DNA of 64,000 bases, taken from assembly GCA_031962025.1 (NCBI GenBank), contig JAVRKW010000003.1; one strand, written 5' to 3'. The translations under genes were made by a program, and so were the position numbers. Below the pieces are notes generated by a model. That model was not told where the DNA came from and searched no databases. It was given only the letters and a program-made list of their open reading frames with translations. Positions 19,404 through 29,121 of the stretch are shown here, in pieces. The DNA comes from Pseudothermotoga sp. GTDB taxonomy: Bacteria; Thermotogota; Thermotogae; Thermotogales; DSM-5069. Positions within the stretch are counted from its first letter, which is position 1; the number at the start of each line of letters is the position of its first letter.

Positions 19404-19763
19404 TCACATTTGCAGTAACTTTTTTATTGTGTCCTTCAATTCCGTCAAATCGGCGGATTTAACGATGTAAGCATCGGCAGCCCATGAAGCAAGATCGTAT
19501 TTGTAGTGAGAATATGCCGTCAAAAGGATTATTCTCAAGCCCGGGTATTTCTGTCTCAGAACACCCGCAAGTTCAATACCGTTCATACCCGGCATCTCAA
19601 CATCGATTGTCGCAAGATCAAAGGCTGTGCGTTCGAATTTTTCAAGAGCCTCATTTGCATTCGCGGCAGTTTCAACCTCGTAACCTAAATCTTTCAATTC
19701 CTCACTTATGAGCAATCTCAGGTTCTGCTCATCATCTATGACCAGAATCCTAGCTTTTTTCAT
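19404..19763 (-). CDS. single-domain response regulator (CheY-like receiver)
   Basis: ILVIDDE, TIDVEMPGMNG, LLTAY and YIVKS; ATG 19763 (track TTG 19778). Confidence 0.9.
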   Translation of the reverse strand: MKKARILVIDDEQNLRLLISEELKDLGYEVETAANANEALEKFERTAFDLATIDVEMPGMNGIELAGVLRQKYPGLRIILLTAYSHYKYDLASWAADAYIVKSADLTELKDTIKKLLQM

Positions 19764-19897
19764 CTCAATCGAGCACAATCAAACCCATCTCTACAAGATG
19801 GGAAAAATGCGCTCTTCCCTCCTTTCAAATATTTTTGAAATTACATACACCATACGGTGTAAGCCTTTTTGTCCCTACCCCTGTGGTTAGTTGACCC

Positions 19898-22537
19898 TTA
19901 ACCTTTGCTTTTAACAGGTAATTCAAAACTGAATTGAGTTCCATCGGGTTTTGGTTCAGCCCAGATTCTTCCTCCATGTTCGTCTTCTATTATTTTCTTG
20001 CATATCGGAAGACCAAGCCCGGTACCGTATGTTTTTGTCGTGTAAAATGGAATGAAAATGAATCTCAATGCATCTTCGCTTATGGGTTCACCACTGTTAA
20101 AGACCGATACGGTTACCTTTTCGTTATCGTGCTGCGTTCTGATAATAATCTTACCATTTTGTGGTGTCGCTTCTATGGCATTTTGGACAAGATTTATCAG
20201 AACGCGCTTTATTCTGTTTCTGTCAGCTTCTACTTGTGGTATGGGAGACGGTAAAAATTCTATCTTGATTCCCGTTTTGCTGGCTTTGTCCTGCATTAAG
20301 AAAATCACTTCTTCGATCAATTCGTTCAATTGAACATCTGCAAGATCGAGTTTTTTTATATTCCTGCTGAACTCAAGAATTTCTGAGACTATGTTCTGCA
20401 GGTTTTCAACCTCATTTGAAAGTATGGTCAGATATTTTTCTCGAGCTTCAGGATCTGAAATGTTTTTCTTCAACCTGTTTAGAAATCCTCCTATGACAGT
20501 AATTGGGTTACGCAGTTCATGCGCAACTCTGGCTGACATTTCACCAAGCACTGCCAGCTTTTCTTTGTCTTTTCTTTCCTGTTCGAGTTTGAACTGCTGT
20601 GTGACATCCTCGAGCGTTACTATCACACCGTTCATAGTTGAACCGTTTAAATCCCACAAAGGTGAGTATTTGGTGTCAAAAAACCTCTCACCCTGAGGTG
20701 TTTCTATTCTGTATCTGGATAGAGTTATCGTCTCTCCCTTCTCAAATACCTTCATTGCTACCTCAAAAATATTTTCGAACGACTCTCCAAAATCAAGGTA
20801 TGAACTTCCCAGAACCCTTTCTTTTGGCAAACCCAGTAGTTGCTCCACTCTTCTATTGCATTCTATCACCTTTCCAGATCTGTCAAGCACGATAACGGCT
20901 GTTGTGAGATTCTGCAGGATACTGTCACTGAACTTACGTAGATAATCTATCATGTTCTTCTGCTGTTCGAGGCTTTCGGTTTTCTTTCTCAGTTCTTCGT
21001 AGTTCATGGCGTTTTCTATGGCAAGCCCCGCACTATCTGTTATGATTCTCAAAACTTCGATATCTATATCTGTGATCGCTGCTTTTGTGAACTTGTTATC
21101 CAGAACGAGCACACCGATCGTATCCCATCTTCCAACAAGTGGTACAACAACGAATTCTTCAACCTGCAGTAGATTTAAAAGATCTTTTATCGATTCTTCC
21201 ATACTCTTTGCCAGGGCTGGGGTGATATGGATCAATCTTCTTCTCAAAACTACCCTTTCAAAAACTGGATGGTCTTTGTAAGTGAATACTCTGCCTTCGA
21301 TTCTGGCTGTCAAACCTTTATTCGTATCCAGCATCAAAGCTTCCTCTCTTAAGAATTGCGAAAAATCACCATAGCTCATTGCCCTTCTTTCGGCTTCTTT
21401 CCAGATCTCGGTGATATCATCGCTGCTCTCAGGTCCCAGCCACATCTTTCCAATGAGTGTTTCTGTTTTTCTGTCTCTTATGAGCAACAGGGCTCTGTTG
21501 AAACCAAGACCTCTACCCGATGTCAGTCCAAGCAATAGTGTTTTGTAGACATTGTTTGGATCGTAACTTAACCTCATTGCATTGCTTATACTGTGAACAA
21601 GATCCATTTTCTTCAAATACAACTGCTGCTGATTTATGAGTTCTTGATAACTTTTTGTGTAGTTTCTCAGTCTTTCTACTTCTTTTTTCAATCCTTCTTG
21701 GTATTCAATTCTGGTATAGCCAAGAGAAATACGCCTTGAGATTTCATGGAAGATAGATAAGTCAAATTCATCAAAACTGTACTGTGTTCTGTATCCTTCT
21801 GGCGAGATTTTATTTATGACAAAAATCACTCCGATTATCCGATCCTGTATCTTCAATGGCATTGCCATATAGGATTTAACAGTTACACTGACAAAATCTA
21901 TCTGGGCTTTCACATCGAGTACACCGCTGTCTGACCTTTCCACTTTGCTGAAAAACGGATGGTTGTGGATCCTTTCAAAAAGTAGCTGGTCTTTGGTTAT
22001 TCCAAACGAGGAAGAAAAAACGTACTCTTCGCCGGTTTTTTCAAAAAATATCACGATATCGGCATTTAAAACCCCTGCAATTGCCTTGACCATCTCGGCT
22101 TTAAACTGTTCTTTGTCTGTAGAATTGTAAAAAACATTCGTCAGCTCACTCATTCTGTGGTATTTTTCAGCGGTATCCTGAAGTTCGATGAATCTGTTTG
22201 CCCAGTACAGTGAAAGGCTGAGTTCGTCGATGATTGTTTGTAGATCGAGGTTATGTGGTTCTTCCAGGATGAGTGCTCCAAGAAGCTGACTGTTGTAAAT
22301 CAAATTCACAACGTGCGAATAATTTTGCAGGGATTTTGAGCTGATCTTCAAAGAACCTACCTTTTCCCTATCGCCACTTGTACCGACAACTCTGAATTGA
22401 TCTTTGTGCTTTTCATAGAGCAGAACATCACAGCGTTTTGCGTTTGCCTTTGAGCAGATCAGCTGTGCTATGTCATTCATGGTGTTTGATTTATAACCTT
22501 TAAAGAAAAACTCAGTTACCATTTCGAAAATCTTCAA
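19898..22537 (-). CDS. cytoplasmic multi-GAF / PAS sensor histidine kinase
   Basis: H box AHELRNP, N box NLVQNAIEA, F box IFIPFYTTK, G2 GTGLGL; GAF-like and PAS segments; TTG 22537 with AGGAGG SD is the likely start (track start 22714 overlaps the upstream gene). Confidence 0.9.
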   Translation of the reverse strand: MKIFEMVTEFFFKGYKSNTMNDIAQLICSKANAKRCDVLLYEKHKDQFRVVGTSGDREKVGSLKISSKSLQNYSHVVNLIYNSQLLGALILEEPHNLDLQTIIDELSLSLYWANRFIELQDTAEKYHRMSELTNVFYNSTDKEQFKAEMVKAIAGVLNADIVIFFEKTGEEYVFSSSFGITKDQLLFERIHNHPFFSKVERSDSGVLDVKAQIDFVSVTVKSYMAMPLKIQDRIIGVIFVINKISPEGYRTQYSFDEFDLSIFHEISRRISLGYTRIEYQEGLKKEVERLRNYTKSYQELINQQQLYLKKMDLVHSISNAMRLSYDPNNVYKTLLLGLTSGRGLGFNRALLLIRDRKTETLIGKMWLGPESSDDITEIWKEAERRAMSYGDFSQFLREEALMLDTNKGLTARIEGRVFTYKDHPVFERVVLRRRLIHITPALAKSMEESIKDLLNLLQVEEFVVVPLVGRWDTIGVLVLDNKFTKAAITDIDIEVLRIITDSAGLAIENAMNYEELRKKTESLEQQKNMIDYLRKFSDSILQNLTTAVIVLDRSGKVIECNRRVEQLLGLPKERVLGSSYLDFGESFENIFEVAMKVFEKGETITLSRYRIETPQGERFFDTKYSPLWDLNGSTMNGVIVTLEDVTQQFKLEQERKDKEKLAVLGEMSARVAHELRNPITVIGGFLNRLKKNISDPEAREKYLTILSNEVENLQNIVSEILEFSRNIKKLDLADVQLNELIEEVIFLMQDKASKTGIKIEFLPSPIPQVEADRNRIKRVLINLVQNAIEATPQNGKIIIRTQHDNEKVTVSVFNSGEPISEDALRFIFIPFYTTKTYGTGLGLPICKKIIEDEHGGRIWAEPKPDGTQFSFELPVKSKG

Positions 22538-22995
22538 ATTCTTAACCTCCTGAACTCTTCTGTGATGTGCTGAATATGTGATCCTGCCCAGTACACCCTG
22601 TTGCAGATCGGACAGATATAAAAATCGCTTTGCGTGTTTTGAACGTACAGCGGAACTCTGTCTCTGACTTCTTCTATGGATATCGATAAAAGTTGTGCGT
22701 TGCACAGACTGCATCTTGTCATTCTCTGAGCACTTTTCAGATCAAAGTGCGATGAAAGTTCAATAAGCTGGTCTCTCCATTTATCTGAATGAACCAAATA
22801 GCTGTTCAACCCATTTTTCAGTGCGCGAAGATGTAAGGTCCTGTCTTTTGTTATCAAAACTCTGTTACTCTGCTCGCACAACTGCAAGATCTTTTCTTCA
22901 TCAATCTGTGAAAAATACATTGTGTCGAAACCGAGCAGTCTCAATTTCTTTGCAAGTTTACCGAGCATTCTATCAACCAGAAACATTTTCTCCAT
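22534..22995 (-). CDS. Mut7-C RNase (PIN-fold, DUF82) protein with zinc ribbon
   Basis: FLVDRMLGKLAKKLRLLGFDT, LITKD, RCSLCN..CPICNRVYWAGSH. Confidence 0.88.
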   Translation of the reverse strand: MEKMFLVDRMLGKLAKKLRLLGFDTMYFSQIDEEKILQLCEQSNRVLITKDRTLHLRALKNGLNSYLVHSDKWRDQLIELSSHFDLKSAQRMTRCSLCNAQLLSISIEEVRDRVPLYVQNTQSDFYICPICNRVYWAGSHIQHITEEFRRLRI

Positions 22996-23129
22996 CTCCC
23001 AGTTTCTTAATGATAATTATACCCAAAATCTTTCCGTGTGAGACTTGCCTGTTATTATGTCGCTGAATCTCTCTATGGTTAGTTGTACAATCATTTTAAT
23101 TGGCTCATTAATAGTGTTTTTTTGATCAA

Positions 23130-23464
23130 TTGATTTTGAATCAGTTCATATTGTATAATCAACATTTGGGTTGATAATCGTGTACAGTTCGATCAACATT
23201 CCTTTTATAAAACCGGCTCTGTCGATAGTCGCGATCGTGACCTTTGTCAATGTGTGGAATGACTTTTTCTTCCCACTCATATTGATAAATGACAGATCAA
23301 AAGCCACCATAACGCTTGCTGTATCTATATTCTTTGGTGAGTACTCAACACAGTGGCAACTGTTGTTTTCTGGATTGACACTTTCTATCGCGCCGACTGT
23401 CATTCTGTTTCTCATATTTTCTCAATATTTCATAGCTGGAATGACTCAAGGCGCAATAAAATAA
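23130..23464 (+). pseudogene. decayed carbohydrate ABC transporter permease fragment
   Basis: C-terminal MalG-type motifs (KPAL..FVNVWNDFFFPLI, QYFIAGMTQGAIK) present; N-terminus and EAA loop absent; apparent frameshift near 23170. Confidence 0.7.
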
Positions 23465-23477
23465 CGAGGTGAATGGT

Positions 23478-24635
23478 ATGAAAACAGGATTAGACGTGTT
23501 TTTAGAAGAGTACATTTCTCAATTCAAAGGGGCAAACATAGGGCTTGTCACAAATTCAACAGGTATCAATTGTGAACTGAGAAGGAATATAGATCTTTTT
23601 CTCTATAACGGCTTGAAGGTTGTGAAACTCTTTGGTCCCGAACATGGTGTTTTTGGAGCCGCACCGGATGGTGTGAAAGTTACAGATTTTATTGAACCAA
23701 GGTACAGAATACCGGTGTATTCGCTGTACTCTGAAAATCTCAGACCGACCGAGCAAATGCTTGAAGGCATCGATGTGATGATTTACGATATTCAGGATGT
23801 GGGTTTGAGATTTTACACGTACATTTACACAATGGCTTATTGTATGGAAGAATGTGCAAAACGTGGTATCAAGTTCATTGTGCTGGACAGACCAGACCCC
23901 ATCTGCCCTGAGATAGTCGAAGGTCCGATAATCAAAAAAGGTTTTGAAAGCTTTGTTGGTGGGTATGGTCTTGCCCTGAGATATGGTTTAACTGCTGGTG
24001 AACTTGCAACTTATTTGAACAACGAATACAGAATGAAAGTCGATTTGACTGTTGTACCCATGAAAGACTACAAAAGATCTTTCTTTTACGACGACACAGA
24101 TCTTTTATGGAATACTCCTTCACCGAATCTTCCTTCGCTGGAACACACGATTCTCTATTCTGGTTTTTGCTTGCTCGAAGGTGTGAATCTGTCGGTGGGA
24201 AGGGGTACTGTTCATCCGTTCAAATACATAGGTGCACCCTGGATAGATTCTGAGAAATTATATACACAGATGAGAAAATTCGATCATGAAGGTGTCGTAT
24301 TCAGAGAGAGAGTTTTCGTGCCGGCGGCTTTCAAACTGCACAACCAAACGTGCAACGGTTTGGAATTTTTCGTAACAGATAAACGCAGAATCAAGCCATT
24401 AAACCTTGCGATTGATTTGATTGCCACGTTGAAACGTATACATCCTGAGGCTTTTCGCTGGGATAGTTATTTTCACGACAATACCGAAAGATATTACTTT
24501 GATCTGTTGATAGGTAGCGATTTTTACAGGAAAGCGATCGAAGATGGTGCAACTTCTAAGGATCTGGAATCTATCTGGCAGAGCGAGGCTGAAGACTTTC
24601 TAAAGCGTTCTGTGAATTTCTTTCTGTATAAATAG
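23478..24635 (+). CDS. namZ: exo-beta-N-acetylmuramidase NamZ family (DUF1343)
   Basis: IGLVTNSTG, LFGPEHG, DIQDVGLRFYTY, VLDRPDP, PSPNLP and SVGRGTVHPF; GAGGTG SD before ATG 23478. Confidence 0.88.
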   Translation: MKTGLDVFLEEYISQFKGANIGLVTNSTGINCELRRNIDLFLYNGLKVVKLFGPEHGVFGAAPDGVKVTDFIEPRYRIPVYSLYSENLRPTEQMLEGIDVMIYDIQDVGLRFYTYIYTMAYCMEECAKRGIKFIVLDRPDPICPEIVEGPIIKKGFESFVGGYGLALRYGLTAGELATYLNNEYRMKVDLTVVPMKDYKRSFFYDDTDLLWNTPSPNLPSLEHTILYSGFCLLEGVNLSVGRGTVHPFKYIGAPWIDSEKLYTQMRKFDHEGVVFRERVFVPAAFKLHNQTCNGLEFFVTDKRRIKPLNLAIDLIATLKRIHPEAFRWDSYFHDNTERYYFDLLIGSDFYRKAIEDGATSKDLESIWQSEAEDFLKRSVNFFLYK

Positions 24636-24641
24636 TGCGTG

Positions 24642-24670
24642 TTGCAAACCATTTGTTTGTGTGATATCAT
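24642..24670 (+). promoter_or_regulatory. sigma70-type promoter candidate
   Basis: TTGCAA-N17-TATCAT with TGn. Confidence 0.5.
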
Positions 24671-24699
24671 ACCAGACAGAATAACCAGGAGGTGTAAAT

Positions 24700-25770
24700 G
24701 TGTCTGTTGTTTATTTCACAGATCTATCGACAAATGGGAGTATAAACCTGCTCAAAAAGCTCGAGATTCTTTTGGATAAAGTTGGCTTGGATAAGATCAT
24801 CAATCAGAACAATTTTGTTGCTGTTAAGCTCCATTTTGGCGAATATGGGAATCTCGCTTTTATAAGACCACAGTATATCAGAGTTGTCGTGGATCAGATA
24901 AAAAAACACGGTGGGAAACCGTTTTTGACAGACTCAAATACACTGTACAGAGGACATAGATCCAATGCTGTAGATCATCTTTTGAATGCATATCTCAATG
25001 GGTTCACCTATGAGGTTGTAGGAGCTCCCGTTGTTATCGCAGACGGTCTGAGAGGCTCAGATGAAGTGAAGATAAAGATAAACGGGACTTATGTCAAAGA
25101 AGCAAAAATCGGTTCGGCAATAGCGCTGGCAGATGTCCTTGTTGTTATGACCCATTTCAAAGGTCACGAACAAACGGGTTTTGGTGGCACGCTGAAAAAT
25201 GTTGGAATGGGTAGTGCTTCAAGAGCTGGAAAGCTTGAACAGCATTCTGAATCAAAACCATACGTTGTAGTAGAAAATTGCATTGCCTGTAGAATGTGTG
25301 AAAGAAACTGTCCTGTCGGTGCCATCACGGTGAATAAATTCGCAGTTATTGATTATGCAAAATGCATAGGCTGCGGTCAGTGTATTGCAATGTGCAACTA
25401 CGGTGCAATGTCACCAAAATGGGATAACTCCTCCGAGCTTTTGAGCAAAAAGATGGCAGAATACACCCTTGCAGTTTTGAAAGATAAAAAGGCTGTTTTC
25501 ATATCTTTTCTGACCGATATCTCACCGGATTGCGATTGCTGGCATACAAACAGACCACCTGTAGCTCCAAATATCGGCATACTTGCCAGCGCAGATCCAG
25601 TTGCACTTGATCAGGCATGCATTGATCTTGTCAAAGAAGCTCAGGGAAAAGATCCATTTCTTGAAGTTCACCCGAAAGTCACATGGGAAACTCAACTCAG
25701 TTATGCACAGGAAATAGGACTTGGTTCAAGAAAATACGAATTGATCAAAATCGCTTGCAATTTAACCTGA
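24700..25770 (+). CDS. DUF362 Fe-S protein with 2[4Fe-4S] ferredoxin insert
   Basis: VAVKLHFGEYGN, HFKGHEQTGFGGTLKN, CIACRMCERNCP, CIGCGQCIAMC and DPVALDQAC. Confidence 0.88.
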   Translation: MSVVYFTDLSTNGSINLLKKLEILLDKVGLDKIINQNNFVAVKLHFGEYGNLAFIRPQYIRVVVDQIKKHGGKPFLTDSNTLYRGHRSNAVDHLLNAYLNGFTYEVVGAPVVIADGLRGSDEVKIKINGTYVKEAKIGSAIALADVLVVMTHFKGHEQTGFGGTLKNVGMGSASRAGKLEQHSESKPYVVVENCIACRMCERNCPVGAITVNKFAVIDYAKCIGCGQCIAMCNYGAMSPKWDNSSELLSKKMAEYTLAVLKDKKAVFISFLTDISPDCDCWHTNRPPVAPNIGILASADPVALDQACIDLVKEAQGKDPFLEVHPKVTWETQLSYAQEIGLGSRKYELIKIACNLT

Positions 25771-25775
25771 AAAAG

Positions 25776-25994
25776 TCAGCTTTTTCTACTCACGGCTTTG
25801 ACAATCCATATAATTGCCAGTATTATTAGAACTACTATTAGCACTGGTATAGCAACGACAATCAAGCCTATGAAAACCAGAGCAAGTATCGCGCCAGCCA
25901 GAATCAGACCGATAAAACCACTGAACAGTGGAAAAAGCTTGAAGAAAAGATAGATCAAAAATATCACACCGAGTATTGCCAGAAAATACAGCAT
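25776..25994 (-). CDS. small hydrophobic membrane protein
   Basis: 72 aa, almost entirely hydrophobic; GGAGG SD at the end of iadA. Confidence 0.7.
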   Translation of the reverse strand: MLYFLAILGVIFLIYLFFKLFPLFSGFIGLILAGAILALVFIGLIVVAIPVLIVVLIILAIIWIVKAVSRKS

Positions 25995-25997
25995 CTA

Positions 25998-27164
25998 TTA
26001 TCCTCCTTGGACAGTTTCGAAGGTTCCCCTGACAATTACTTTGCAATTTGTCATCAGCACTTTACCTTTTGCTATGACATCGGTTATTGTCAGATCCTGA
26101 TCGAATAGAATTATATCTGCATCATTTCCCTGAGCAAGGACTCCTTTGGCAAAAAGTTTGAGTACCTTTGCTGGATTTTGAGTAACTGCCTTTAGTGCCT
26201 TTTCAAGTGCTACGCCGTTTTTCACAGCGGTTTTGAACTGCTCATAAACTGAAGTTACCTTTCCAATATCAAGACCTATGAACTCTTTTTTCTCGTTGAA
26301 TCTTGGCAGGCTTCCCTGACCATCGGAACTGAAGGTGATCTGATCTTCAAAACCGTTTTCGATGTACTGCTTCAGTGCTTTCCATGCCTGCAGATCTTGG
26401 TCCAAAAGGTCGCCGGTACTGGTTGTGAAATCAACAAAACCACCCATTTTTGCATAATTTAAGCCTTCGTCCAGGAGCTTTTTGTTTCTGTTTATATGGG
26501 TTGGTAGAAATTGACTGATTGGAATTTCAGTCTTATTCACTATCTCATAGATCATATCCAGCATACCTTCACCATCACCCAAATGAAGGTTCACGATACC
26601 CGCTTTGCCGGACAGAATCCCTCCAACCCTCGCATCGGCTGCGATTCTTTTGAGTTCTTCCAAAGTGGGTTGAGACGAACGATGATCGCTGATCGCTATT
26701 TCTCCAGCTCCGATGACTTTGTCGATCAGAATCAGATCGCTCACAAGATTTCCCGTGAAGGTAACCGGTGGAACCCTGTATGAACCACTGTAGATATAAC
26801 TCGTCACACCTTCCTCGTCTAAGGTTTTTGCTTTTGCATACAGGGCATTGAGACTTCTTGTCACACCATCTGTGCCAAGACAGCCAACAACAGTTGTTAT
26901 ACCGCCCCTGACAAGGTCTGAAAAAACAAGTTCAGGTGTGCGGGTTTTGAACCCTCCCTCTCCTCCTCCGCCGATTATGTGAACATGAGAGTCTATAAAA
27001 CCTGGCACGGCGATCTTGCCTGAACCGTCAATTATCTGAACATACGGGCTGTTCAGCACTATATCTTTTTCTATGGCAACTATCCTATCGCTGGCAATCA
27101 GAATGTCCTTTTTTCCAACAGGTTTTGGGCAAAAAACTTCAACGTTTTTTACAATTTTGATCAT
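25998..27164 (-). CDS. iadA: beta-aspartyl peptidase (isoaspartyl dipeptidase)
   Basis: PGFIDSHVHIIGGGGEGGFKTRTPE, GEIAISDHRSS, FLPTHINRN and SSDGQGSLP. Confidence 0.93.
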   Translation of the reverse strand: MIKIVKNVEVFCPKPVGKKDILIASDRIVAIEKDIVLNSPYVQIIDGSGKIAVPGFIDSHVHIIGGGGEGGFKTRTPELVFSDLVRGGITTVVGCLGTDGVTRSLNALYAKAKTLDEEGVTSYIYSGSYRVPPVTFTGNLVSDLILIDKVIGAGEIAISDHRSSQPTLEELKRIAADARVGGILSGKAGIVNLHLGDGEGMLDMIYEIVNKTEIPISQFLPTHINRNKKLLDEGLNYAKMGGFVDFTTSTGDLLDQDLQAWKALKQYIENGFEDQITFSSDGQGSLPRFNEKKEFIGLDIGKVTSVYEQFKTAVKNGVALEKALKAVTQNPAKVLKLFAKGVLAQGNDADIILFDQDLTITDVIAKGKVLMTNCKVIVRGTFETVQGG

Positions 27165-27172
27165 CCAATCAC

Positions 27173-27382
27173 CTAAACCAACTGGTTAATTTGAGCATTG
27201 AGATAGTTTTCTGTTGCTATCCTGACCATTCTCAAGGCAAGACCATTTTGCTGATAGGTCATGAAGTTGAGAAGCTGGATCATCTGATCTTTGTTTAGAG
27301 TTTGTGGTGCTGGTTGTTGTGTGTTCTGTGTTTTTGAATAAGTATATGGATTGTAAGTGTATCCCACGCCTTCTACTCTCAC
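27173..27382 (-). CDS. small hypothetical protein (YjfB-like motility protein candidate)
   Basis: Strong AAGGAGGTG SD before GTG; 69 aa, Gln/Asn-rich. Confidence 0.65.
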   Translation of the reverse strand: MRVEGVGYTYNPYTYSKTQNTQQPAPQTLNKDQMIQLLNFMTYQQNGLALRMVRIATENYLNAQINQLV

Positions 27383-27445
27383 AAAACCACCTCCTTCTCT
27401 CTCTTATACTAATCGGATCAAATAAGAAATCCTAAAGGTATTTTA

Positions 27446-28276
27446 TCACCCTTTTAGTGCTCCCTGTGTTAAACCCTGAACGATGTATTTTTGTGCCACA
27501 GCGAAGACAAGAACTGTTGGTAACAGGGCAATGACAATACCTGCAGCCATCACATTCCACTGAATACCAGCTTTTGAAACGAATGAATAAAGTGCCACCG
27601 GTACGGTCATTTTGTGATCGCTGTGCAGAAACAAAACAGCCGTGAAAACTTCGTTCCAACTGTTGACAAAACAGAAACTGAATATCGCACCTACATTTGG
27701 CAGAAAAACTGGCAGCACGACTCTGAAAAGAGCGCCGAGTTTTGTACATCCATCGATCCAGGCGGCTTCTTCTATCTCTCTTGGCATGGACTTAAAAAAT
27801 GCACGAATCATGATCGTACCGAAAGCTACACCAAGTCCAGTGTATATGATAATCACACCGAGCAGTGAATTGGTCAGCTTCAGCCTTGAAAACATCGTGA
27901 ACTGCGGGATCATCAGAAGATAAGCTGGTATCATCTGAACAAAGAAAAGGGTTAACAGTAGAAAATGTCTGGTTGTGAATCTGAACCTTGATAGCACATA
28001 ACCACTCATCAGTGAAAACACGGTTGAAAACAGAGCAGAAAAGGTAGCCACCAGAATGCTGTTTTTGAAATAAGTGTGAAATTTTGCAAAACTGAACAGA
28101 TATCTGTAAGCCTCAAAGCTGATACGGCTTGGTAGGTATTTTATTGGAAAAGAGTAAATCTCTGTCGCTGGTTTGATAGAAGTCAGCACGATCCAGATCA
28201 GGGGAAAGACGGCTACAACAAGGTATAAGATCAATCCAGTAACTCTGAGTGCCGATAAGATTGGGTGTTTTTTCAT
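27446..28276 (-). CDS. carbohydrate ABC transporter permease (MalG type)
   Basis: EIEEAAWIDGC EAA loop, FVNSWNE and GLTQGALKG. Confidence 0.93.
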   Translation of the reverse strand: MKKHPILSALRVTGLILYLVVAVFPLIWIVLTSIKPATEIYSFPIKYLPSRISFEAYRYLFSFAKFHTYFKNSILVATFSALFSTVFSLMSGYVLSRFRFTTRHFLLLTLFFVQMIPAYLLMIPQFTMFSRLKLTNSLLGVIIIYTGLGVAFGTIMIRAFFKSMPREIEEAAWIDGCTKLGALFRVVLPVFLPNVGAIFSFCFVNSWNEVFTAVLFLHSDHKMTVPVALYSFVSKAGIQWNVMAAGIVIALLPTVLVFAVAQKYIVQGLTQGALKG

Positions 28277-29121
28277 AACTCGAATTCTCCTTTTTCTGAA
28301 ATTCTCAGATAAAAGATAGAGAACAGAAGAAGTATGATGGTAATTATTACCCCTAGGGCTGATGCTTTACCGAAGTTGTTCTGATAATAGACTATGTTTA
28401 TCATCTGCACAGACATGATATTTGTCGCTCCCGCAGGTCCTCCTCGTGTCGTGCCGTAGATTATATCTGGAAAATTCATGACCCAGATTATTCTCAAAAG
28501 AACGGTATTCATTATTGTCGGCTTGATGTAGGGTATGGTTATCTTTGTCAGTTTGCTCCATGTGTTCACACCATCTATTTCTGCAGCTTCGTACAATTCC
28601 TTTGGTATGGACTGCAAAGCCGCAAGGAGCATTATTGCAAAAAACGGTATCCCGTACCACACATTTATCATTATCACAGAAAACATGGCAAAACGTGGAT
28701 CTGAAAGAAAACTTATGGGTTTGCTGATCAGATGCACTTTCATCAGAAAGTCATTGAGCACACCGAACTGTCCATTCAACATCCAAGACCAGAGCAAGCC
28801 TATAGCAAACCCTGACAGAGCCCATGGATAAAACACAATTCCCATGTACAGTCCTCTTCCTTTAAATGGTTTCACCAAAAGCAAGGCGAGAATGAGTCCG
28901 AATATGAGCTGAAAGATGACAGAAAAGAAGATCCAGATAAATGTATTCAAAAGAACATTCCAAAAATTTGGATCACTCAAAACCGCTCTGTAATTGTCAA
29001 AGCCGATGAATCTGGGTCTGTTAAGGTTGAAGACCGTCAGCTTTTGAAAGGAAATTACCCCCCCATATACCAGGGGGTAAAGGTTTATGAACAAAACCAG
29101 AATGAATGTTGGTAAAAGCAT
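28273..29121 (-). CDS. carbohydrate ABC transporter permease (MalF type)
   Basis: FIGFDNY and LAALQSIPKELYEAAEIDG EAA loop; 5' end uncertain because of an in-frame TGA at 29149-29151. Confidence 0.88.
   Translation of the reverse strand: MLLPTFILVLFINLYPLVYGGVISFQKLTVFNLNRPRFIGFDNYRAVLSDPNFWNVLLNTFIWIFFSVIFQLIFGLILALLLVKPFKGRGLYMGIVFYPWALSGFAIGLLWSWMLNGQFGVLNDFLMKVHLISKPISFLSDPRFAMFSVIMINVWYGIPFFAIMLLAALQSIPKELYEAAEIDGVNTWSKLTKITIPYIKPTIMNTVLLRIIWVMNFPDIIYGTTRGGPAGATNIMSVQMINIVYYQNNFGKASALGVIITIILLLFSIFYLRISEKGEFEL

Noticed and set aside
18660..19418. 252-aa + strand ORF
   Set aside because: Antisense shadow of ileS; no motifs
19392..19897. Possible T-box leader for ileS
   Set aside because: No GGTGGNACC T-box motif or specifier loop seen; ileS directly follows the response regulator
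23060..23070. TCGCTGAATC resembling the 5' end of a c-di-AMP (ydaO) riboswitch
   Set aside because: Downstream conserved elements (GGGG..GAATC, CCCGTCAGCTAAC) are absent
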